A stretch of 64,000 bases of DNA from Azolla caroliniana (Eukaryota; Plantae; Polypodiophyta): contig JBHGNT010000017.1 of the NCBI GenBank assembly GCA_043228905.1, positions 17,794,001 through 17,858,000 on the forward strand, read 5' to 3'. The first letter of the stretch is position 1, and each line of letters begins with the position of its first letter. The translations under genes were made by a program, and so were the position numbers. Positions 13,852-24,000 of this stretch are shown piece after piece. The notes below the pieces were generated by a model, which was given only the letters and a program-made list of their open reading frames with translations, was not told the DNA's origin and ran no database searches.

Positions 13852-15176
13852 GCGTGTCGACCCCAATATGAAGGAAACCATGAAGCTCTATTTTCTACTA
13901 CCATGATTACGCCACGACATATACTGACGTGTCAGAGACCGAGGCCCAATGACATTCCATATGGTTGTGCAAATCGCACAACGAATTGAGGCACCGGATT
14001 ACATGGACCTATCACAACCGACACCACCTGCAAATAACAGTATTCAAAAGACAGCAATTGAGCCGACCATTGGCCCAATGGACATAGACATCCAAAATGT
14101 ACAATTCATCACTAAAAAGAACTTACCAGATAGAGACAATCATGGTAAGCCTCGTTGTTTCTATTGTAATGAGTATGGCCATGTTAAAAAATATTGTAGG
14201 AAGTTTGCAGCCTCTAGACATCATCAAAATGCACAAATCCAATTGGCCGACACTGCATCATTTGCCATGGAACAGGGAAACTACCAAGAGGGACGTTGAC
14301 GGAAGAGCAACTCCTGCACATTCAAGCCGCAACCTCTCCCGAACGCATGGTATGTTGCACAATAGCACAAATAGATAACACATCACATGAAGCCCTTTTA
14401 GATTCAAGAAGCACCATATCTTCAATTAGTTTAGATTTAGTTAGTTAAATCACTAAATTTACCTACTTCACCCGCAGCGCCGATTCAAGTCATCTTTGGC
14501 GATAAGCAAAAAATATACCAATCTGCTAGACACGCACATTGTACATTCACCCTTGCCCAGCACACGTTTCTTCATTCCTTCTAGGTCTTACCGCACCAAC
14601 TATTTCCAATGACGTTAGGTTGTGATTGGTTTATAAACAATGGCACACAACTGCACTTTGATACACAAACATTAGTTTTACCTAATACAAAGCCATTAGC
14701 CACAATTCCATTACTTAACACTCCACAATTTTGCGCACACATCTTGCACACACAAATTCACCTAGAACCACCACAAGTACGGCTAGCTGTAATCCATAGT
14801 ATCCTCCGGCAATTCCCCGACCTATTTTACACGTCTACAAAGACAACCAAGATCAATCTTCCGGTGCAACATTCTATTCCCACAGTCAATTCAAAACCAG
14901 TTCAAACTGCACCCCGACGACAATCACCATTAGATAATCATCGAATCAATCAAGTAGTACAAGACATGCTAAAGAAAGAAATCATTGAGTCATCAAGTAG
15001 TGATTGGATTTCAGAGCCGCATCTCGTCCGTAAGGACGATGGTACGTTCCGTTTTTGCATCGATTTCAGGCCCTTGAACAAGATCATGAAGGATGATCTC
15101 TATCCATTGCCATGTATCCATGACTTGTTAGGTCAAGACGGGAAGTCAAGTTATTTCACATCACTAGATCTTGCGT

Positions 15177-15836
15177 TGTCATGATGTGGTGTGTTTAATG
15201 CAAGAAAAAGTGCAAATTTGAGGATACATGCACATTACACAAATACTTGTAAAATTGAAAATAATAATAAACAAACCTAGGACATGATGGCATTGAATGC
15301 ATATTGAGGGTTGCAAGTAGGATTTGAACCTTGCACATCTAAGATAAGAGGCAATTATCATACCACTAAAGCTACTACTACATGCTTTAGATTTTTTTTA
15401 TTTTCTTCTCATATTCAATATTCCATAGCAAACAGACAAAACCGTGTACACAAAACCATGGTTTTAAGTCCATGGTTTTGTGCATGTCACAAGCAAAACC
15501 GTGTGCACAAAACCATGGTTTTAGCCCATGGTTTTGTGCATGTCACAAGCATGGAGAGACCTATAAAAGCCTCTACTTGGGCTTGATTATGGGGGGCTCA
15601 ATAGGTGATAATCACCATCGTCATCATCATCATCAATATAAAATTCTTCTTATAATTATACTTCTATTGTTCATCTTCTTTCATCTTTGATACTTCTTCT
15701 TGTACTTCTTATAATCATCAATCTTTTGATCTTTTCAAGGGTAACATTGTTTCTCGATAACTTGGTAAACGTCCTCCCTGGTCAAAGACCCCAGTGGTTC
15801 CGTTCAAGCGACACATGCATGTTCATCTCCTCGACA
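15177..15836 (+). repeat. 5' LTR of element B
   Basis: Repeat of 19398-19941 with indels. Confidence 0.92.
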
Positions 15837-16867
15837 TCTTACTTGGTCAACCGGACGTGAAGAAGCGGTAGGAAGGATCAAGACAAGGATCGACCAATAC
15901 TTGGAGATGGCATCCTCAAGCAATCAAGTGGGAGAGTTCAAAAGAATGATGATAATCTTCGAGCAAATGATGAGATCTCAGGACAACGATGCAAGTGTGG
16001 AGAAGGCCGTCAACCGTGTTGTGGAGGTCGAGGGTCAACTTGATGGAAGGAACATTACGAAGTTCCTCGATGTATACAAAAGGGAGATGAATCAAAGGGA
16101 CATGTCTGAAGCATGTCAAATCTCGAGTTTCAAGCGAGTTGCCGCCAACAACATCCAAAGGCGGGTCATCGAGCCTCAAGAAAGGAAGACAATGTGGTCA
16201 GAGTTTGAAAGAGCAATATTAGTGGAGTTTGCAACGGAAGATTTGTCAGGGATGACTCGACATGCCTTGATGAAGTGGATAGAAAAGAAGAATAAGAGGA
16301 TGAGCACTTCGAGGGTGTACGACGAGTTCGACCAAATGTTTCGTCATCTCCCCGCCACAGACCAAGTGCTGCTTGAGGAGGACAAGACTTTGTACTTCTT
16401 GAAAGTTATGGACATGAAGGATAGACGAGAATTGGGGACTCTTCTAGAAGATGATACCCAAGCGAACGGGCTTGTAGCGGACTGGGTTGCGGTGAAGCGA
16501 GCATGCAACAAGTTCGACAGGCGTCATCAATGGCTTGATGACATTGACTTGGTAAGGCCAAGCGTAGAAACATCAACTTAGACTACCTAAAGAAGTTGAG
16601 CCGCCTAAACAAAGTTACCTACATGAAAAGAAGATTGATGATGACTCGAGGACGGAGAAGGCCACTTCGAGGGAGGATGAATGTTTCGGAACGCACGTTG
16701 TGTTCGAAACATCAGATGATGAAGGAGCAAGCCTAATCGAAGCTTGCATCAATGGAGATAAAGAGTGCGAGGCTAGTGTAATTGAGGATCTAGCCACTAA
16801 AGACGACATCGAGGAGGTGACTATGAACAAGAAAACAAGCATCAACAACGACCATGGCCGGATTTTC

Positions 16868-18682
16868 TCCACACATGCTCCAGAGACTTGGGCAGTTGCG
16901 TCCAAGAACCAACATGAGACCCAAGAGACGGAAGGTGTCGGCGAGGAGCCGAAGGTCGAAACGAATACATGCGATGAAGAGAGAAGGATAATGAAGCTTG
17001 CTCGATAAAGAAGGTCAATGGGTATGAGGCCCATGAGATTGAAGAGATAGCCATAAGAAATGACATCAAGTCAGAGGTGGCTATGAAAGAATTAATGGCA
17101 GATGGCCACATCGAGGATTCCTTCACACAAGTTCCGGAGACTTGGGCAGTTGCAGAGAGCCAACGTGAGACCCAAGAGATGGAAGGTGGTAGTAAGGAGA
17201 AGGACCAAGATGGTGTGCACAACATCGACCCGAAGATAAATATCGACAAGTCGATGGTGAATGATGGCAATGACAAGAATTTCCCCTCACTGGTTCCAGA
17301 GACTTGGGCAGTTGCGTCCGAGAACCAACAAAAGACCCAAGAGACAGAATGTGGCAATAAGGGGGAGTTCCAATCTAATGTGAAAGATGACATCAAGACA
17401 AAGGTGTCGAAGGAGACTGACCAAAGAGAAATGGATTCAAGTTGTGTGAATGAAGCAATGAGGCTGGAGTACTTTTGTTGAGTGGTGGCGGAACCAATCT
17501 ACAAAGATATGAAAGAGCTTCAAAAAGCTCACGATTCATGGGTGTCCTTCGAAGAAGCTTTACGGGAGACATATGATCATGAAGAGCCGAAGGGACGAGG
17601 TCTATACAAGTTTGACCAATGGGTGTCATCGAGGAAGACCCACCAGAGTGGTATGCATGCATTCATTGAGTTTGAATGTCGGTTCGCTCAACTCTCGAAG
17701 CGGGAACAAGGATTGGTGGGGGCGAATAAAGTCTTAATGTTCGTCAAGTCGATTGATCGGAAGAAAAGGACGGCCATTGGAGTCCAACTCCAGGATGACG
17801 ATGGTGTGAACGGCCTCACTAAAAATTGGGCCGAAGTGAAAAGGGTATGCCAACGACATGACAAGAGGAGGATAGGAATCTTGTCAACAATTTCACAGCC
17901 GATGAGGGACGATAGGAGGACAAGATGCAGCAACATGCCACCACCGAAGGAAGCAAGCTCGAAGAGGGAAAGTTCGACGATGCTCGACATAGAAGTCTTT
18001 GAGAGGCATTCAAGAACTTAAAGGCGCAAGTTGAGGCTGAAGAGAAACTTCAAAAGGGACAAAAACTGAGGCGAACGATGGTTGAGGAACAAGAGGCCTC
18101 TCCATAAATGCAGATTAAGGGTGGTGGATTCAAAGGCTCAAGTTCGGTACGGCGGTACCACATGAGAAAATGAAGAACAAATCATCTTCTCATCTTGGAA
18201 AGAAACAACAGAGAAGGATGAAACCAATGAATCGAGGATGGCAAATGCCAGTCCAAGGGAGGAAGAATGTTTCAGAACATGCGTCATGTTCGAAACGTCG
18301 GGTGGTGAAGGAGCAAGCCTAATAGAAGCTTGCATGATCAAGGAGGATAAAGAGTGTGAGGCCCACATGATTAAAGAGGTAACCACGAAAAACGACATCA
18401 AGGAGGTGATCGACCAAAGGCGTATGGAATCCTCCACACTTGTTCTAGAGACTTGGGCAGTTGCATCTGAGAATCAACGTGAGACCCAAGAGACAGAAGG
18501 TGGCGACGAGGAAGCGAAGGCCGGAGCTGATGCACATGATGGGAGCATAGACACAAACAATGACATTGGCCCAAAGATGGCAAGAACGAGCAAGGACCAT
18601 GGAGTGGATTCCTCCACACTTGTTCCAGAGACTTTGGCAGTTGCGTCCGGGAGCCAACATGAGACCAAAGAGATGGAAGGTG
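16868..18682 (+). repeat. Five dispersed ~70-bp coding repeats (PETWAVASENQ.ETQE.EG) in element B
   Basis: Copies at ~16868, 17121, 17285, 18432 and 18612; core GAGACTTGGGCAGTTGC...GACCCAAGAGA. Confidence 0.88.
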
Positions 18683-19397
18683 GTTGTGAGGAAGTGAAGG
18701 ATGAAGCCGGTGTGTGTGATGAAGACACCAAACGAAGCACAACAACGAAAGCGGATGTGCACAACAAAGAGGCCAAAGAAAGTGCGACAATGGACAATGA
18801 CAGCAAAACAAGCCAAGAGTATTTGAAATGTGTACCTCAGGAAGTGATCATGTCTTCTAACATGAGGGAGGAAACTAGCATGAAGTTCAAAGGTACGATG
18901 GTCAACTCAAACGCGAGAGTTTACCACAATGAATGGAAGAAAGAGAGGCATGCAATATGGTCTCTTAGAGACCCCATGATGAGCATGTGCTTGAAGGGAC
19001 TACAATGGGTAGTCAACATCAACATCGACATTCAAATGAGGTCTTGTGAAGGCAAGCAGCGGACGAGAAAGAATGAAGGATCGAAGTTTCTTGACCAAGG
19101 AGATAGACAGGATGCAGGTGGCACATACACAAATTTTGAAAGGTTATGCTCAAGAGGGGCGAAGGGGGCCATGACAACCGGTCATAGCATTGCGAAGTGC
19201 AAGCGAACAATATGGTGGATCGGATGGCGACGATAGTTTGGCTGGAAGGAATGGACAAGCTCAAAATGGAGGGACAAAGACAACGTGGGCAAGCCACAAG
19301 AAAGGAGCAAATCGAAGGTTGACAACCTTTGGCCCCACCACATCACTCTTTTCCTTCTTGGCACATGTCGGAGGATGTGCGGTTTGGTGGGGGTGGA

Positions 19398-19941
19398 TGT
19401 CGTGATGTGGTGTGTTTAATACGAGAAAAAATGAAAATTTGAGGATACATGCACATTGCACAAATACTTGTAAAAATGAAAATAATAATAAACAAACCTA
19501 GGACATGATGGCATTGAATGCATATTGAGGGTTGCAAGTAGGATTTGAACCTTGCATGTCTAAGATAAAAGGCAATTATCATACCACTAAAACTACTACT
19601 ACATGCTTTAGATTTTGTTTATTTTCTTCTCATATTCAATATTCCATAGGTAGCAAACAGACAAAACTGTGTACACAAAACCATGGTTTTGTGCATGTCA
19701 CAAGCATGGAGAGACCTATAAAAGCCTCTAGTTGGGCTTGATTGTGGGGAGCTCTTATAATTATACTTATATTGTTCATCTTCTTTCATCTTTGATACTT
19801 CTTATTGTACTTCTTATAATCATCAATGTTTTGATCTTGTCAAGGGTAACATTGTTTCTCGATAACTTGGTAAACGTCCTCCCTGGTCAAAGACCCTGGT
19901 GGTCTCGTTCGAGCAACACACGCACTCGCATCTTCGCGATA
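19398..19941 (+). repeat. 3' LTR of element B
   Basis: Repeat of 15177-15836, preceded by the PPT. Confidence 0.92.
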
Positions 19942-21043
19942 GCGTCGGGGTACTGGCAAACCCCATTAGACCCTGCCGTCAAACACAAAATAGCTTTTCG
20001 CACACAACATGCTTTATTCCAATTTAAAAGAATGACATTCGGTCTATCCGATGTTGGAAGCATGTTCCAAAGAATGACAAATACAATCTTTCAAGACCTC
20101 ATCAATGAGGGCGTGGTGCTGGTGTACCTCGATGATATCTTGATCCATACTTCTGATTGGCAGCAGCACACCCTAGTCTTGAGAGAGGTCCTCCAACGGA
20201 TCCAAAAATATAATCTGCAATTGCAATGAAAGAAATGTCTGTGGGATTTATCATTTCAACCACCTGCATACAAAAAGATGAGCCCCCTGTTCACCCCCAG
20301 CAAATAGCAGAGCTACAACAACAAGATCCTACTATTAAAGAGATAATCCTACAAATCCAAGGAGGTAGGCAAAGTCAGATCCATCGTAACTTTATAATTA
20401 TTAATAACATTTTACATTTTGTAAGTCAAGGTCAACCACCACGAGTCTACGTACCAGAAGCTCTTCGTCCAAGCTATCTAGAGTTCTATCATAGCAGTCA
20501 ACTCGCCGAGCACTTCGGATTCTGCAAGTTGTTACATCGCATTCGATCCCTCTATTATTGGCCCAAGCTCCGTCAATCCGTCTCCCAATTCCTGAAAGCA
20601 TGCCCAACGTGTCAATCAATGAAGGCTCCTCAACAATCGTATGGGACATTACACCCCATAAAAGTCACCGAGCCCTTCGAGCTAGTGGGATGGGACCTAA
20701 TGGGCCCTTTCCCTACATCGATTCATGGCAATAAATACATTTTGGTAATAATTGAGTACCTAACCCGCTGGTGTGAGGCGATTGCCCTATCCAATGCCAC
20801 AACTAACTCGGTCGCCCAGTCACTACTTCAACGAGTTATTTTTCCCCATGGTTGCCCACGCCAATTGTTAGACCAAGGATCACAATTCCACAGCAAGGTT
20901 ATTCGCATACTGAGCCACAGCTTGGGCATCGCACAAATCTTCACATCGTCGTATCATCTGCATTCTAATGGGCTCACCGAACACCTAAATCAAACAATTA
21001 AACAAGTAATCTCAACATATGTGGATCCATTACACCAATCATG

Positions 21044-24000
21044 GGGATTTCGGTCCCTTTCGGATGGGATGGTCAGATATCGGAGATGAATGCCGACAAG
21101 CCCGGTTTCGGTTTCGGATCCGGATGACGAAGACCCCGGTTTCGGTACCGGATGACGAGTGTACCCGGAGAGCGATCCGGATGCAGGGACATATCCGTGA
21201 ATATGTTCGCTATGGGCCCCTGAGGCTACAGTTGTAAATAGCCCAAAGTCATATAAGTATAAATATGACTTAGGGCAAACAGTTTTGTTGTTGCTTCTCA
21301 TTTTTCTGTTTTTCCACTTTAGAGGGGTGAAGAGAGAGCAGCCGTGAGAGAGAGAAAGAGAGAGAGCGCGAGAGAGAAAGAGGTAGACGCCTCTGTGTAT
21401 TTCCGCCGCCTGTGGCGAGGACAGCGAGCTCAAGGTCGTCGCCTTGGAGCTCGTCATTGTATACTTCTCTGTATAGTGTTGTTTGGAGTCTTGTACTCCC
21501 GTGGTTTTTCCCCGTTTAGGGTTTTCCACGTTAATCCTTGTGTACTCGCGTTTCTTCGTTTTGTTTCTACGTGTGTTTCCTATTTTCTGCTCCATTGATC
21601 CGCGATTAATCGGTTGTGGCCGAGATAAGAAGGTGGATAGAAGGGCCTATTCCTTACAAACTGGTATCAGAGCGACTGTTGCAGAAAATGGAAGGCGGCG
21701 GCAGCGGGCAGCCGATGATGATGGTGCTGAATGCACAGAATTACGCCGACTGGAAGATCAAGATGGAGGATCTTCTGATTGTTCGGGACCTGTACGAACC
21801 GATTGACAGGTCGGAAATACCGAAGGGGGTACTTGAGTCGGAGTGGAAGCTCCTGAACCGGAAAGCCGTAGCGACGATCCGACAATATGTCGACGTAAGC
21901 GTCCTGCAACATGTGGCGAACGACACCAACGCATACGAGATGTGGAAGAAGCTGTCTGGCCTCTATGAGAGGAAGAATGCGTTGAACCGGACCTCCCTGA
22001 TGAGGAAGATTGTGAATCTCAAGTATCGGGACGGCGAGAGTATGGTGGAACACGTAAGCACGTTCATGGGATTCGTGAACCAGCTTGCGGCGATCAAGTT
22101 CCCGTTGGAGGATGCAATGCAAGCCATCATCCTGATGTGTACATTGCCGGAAAGCTGGGAGAACTTGGTGGTGACTCTCAGCACCTCGTGCACCGAAGAT
22201 AACTTGTCCTTACAAACTGTAAAGACAAGTATTCTGAATGAAGAAGCGCGTCGGAGAGATAAGGAACCGGCCTCCGACCCGAAGATGCTGTTTACCGAAT
22301 CGGATCGGGGAAGACAATGGAACCGGAGTCCGCAAAGACGGGAGAAGTCGGGGACCCGGTCGCAGTCAAGAGGAAGGCCCACATGCTTCCACTGTGGGAA
22401 GCCGGGGCACTTCCGAAAGAATTGTCGGCATTACCGAAAAGACAACGGAGCCGACGACACCGACTCGAAGAAGTCACCGGAGAGAAACGGTGCATACCGG
22501 GGAGCCACGGACCGGAGAGGTTCGGATCGGCGAGGACAGGACCGGAAAGGAACAACGGCACTCGCGGCAAGTGAGGAAGAAATCATGCTCATCACCGAAG
22601 AAGGTGAGCTAAACGTTGCCGGCGATGAGACGAACTGGGTGGTCGATTCCGGAGCATCGTTCCACCTGACCCCGGAGAGAAGATACTTCTCATCCTACAC
22701 AGCCGGTGAGCATGGCTGTGTTCGGATGGGAAATGAAGGTACGTGCCGGATTGCCGGCATAGGAGACGTGTGGTTGACAACCCCGACCGGATGCAAAATG
22801 CTGCTGAAAGATGTCCGACACGTTCCGGAGGTCCGATTGAACCTGATTTCGGCCGGGAGGCTAGATGATGAAGGCTACACGGGTAGCATCCGGAACGGTG
22901 TCATGAAGTTCAGCAAGGGGAGCTTGATAGTGGTTCGGGCCCGGAAGGTCAACACACTGTACCTGATGAATGCCCGGTTATGTCCGGAAGAGCTGAATGT
23001 GGCAGCCGACACTGCCGGTGAGCTGTGGCACAAAAGACTGTGCCACATGAGTGAGAAGGGGATGAAGAGGCTTGCAGAAGACAACCTCATCCCAGTGAAG
23101 CACGTGCACCTGGAGAAGTGCACCGACTGCCTGGCCGGTAAGCAAAACCGAACCTCCTTCCACTCAAGGCCACCGACGAGACGTAGCGCACCATTGGAGT
23201 TGGTGCACACTGATGTGTGTCAGGTAGAAACGAAGTCACATGGCGGAGCCCAGTACTTCGTGACATTCATTGATGATCACAGCCGGAAGCTGTGGACGGC
23301 ACCGTTGAAGACAAAGGACCAAGTGTTGTCCGTCTTCAAAGAACTCCACGCGAGAGTGGAAAGGGAATCCGGCAAGAAGCTGAAAGCGATACGAGCGGAT
23401 AACGGAGGGGAATACCGGGGGCAGTTCCAGGAGTACTGTCGCTCGAAGGGAATCCGGCTCGAGTTTACTGTGCCGAAGACGCCGGAACTGAACGGGCTGG
23501 CCGAGAGGATGAACCGGACCATAATGGAGCGGGTCCGGAGTATGCTGGCGCATGCGAAATTACCCAAGGGGTTTTGGGCTGAGGCAATGTCGACGGCGAC
23601 ATATGTGATAAACAGATCACCCTCAGTTCCTTTGGACGGAGACACGCCGCAGAGAGTGTGGACCGGTAAGGAAGTGTCCTACCGGCATCTGAAGGTGTTC
23701 GGGTGTCTCGCATACGTGCATGTGGCAAAGGACCGGAGAGGAAAGCTAGATCCTAAGACCCGGCCATGCATATTCCTCGGTTACGGCGACGACGAGTTCG
23801 GCTACCGAGTATGGGACCCGGTCGACAAGAAGATATTCAGGAGTCGAGACATCATCTTCATGGAGGACAAGACACTCGCCGACTGGGAGTCGGAGAAGAA
23901 GATGAAGAGCTCCAAGTCGATCGGTGAGGATCAACTCTACGAGGAGCAGTCCCGACCGGCAAGGGACCGGTTAACACTCGAGGATCCGGCCGAAGACGGT

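Larger units (their letters stand above)
15177..19941 (+). mobile_element. Non-autonomous Trp-primed Gypsy derivative (element B): two gag-like modules with acidic repeats, no pol
   Basis: LTRs at 15177-15836 and 19398-19941; TSD GCGT; PBS TGGTCAACCGGACGTGAA (Trp-like); PPT GGTGGGGGTGGA at 19386-19397. Gag-like ORFs 15901-16581 and ~17420-18021 align with element A Gag; no PR, RT or INT motifs. Confidence 0.9.

Noticed and set aside
16868-18682. CRISPR-like repeat/spacer array
   Set aside because: The repeats are ~70-bp, in-frame coding units with irregular spacing inside a plant retroelement; no cas genes.
20990-21595. Identical antisense ORFs in both Copia LTRs (also 25605-26330)
   Set aside because: Identity simply reflects LTR duplication; no protein motif is recognisable.
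21616-21687. N-terminal extension of the Copia polyprotein
   Set aside because: It starts at a GTG inside the LTR and crosses the PBS; the ATG at 21688 is the plausible start.
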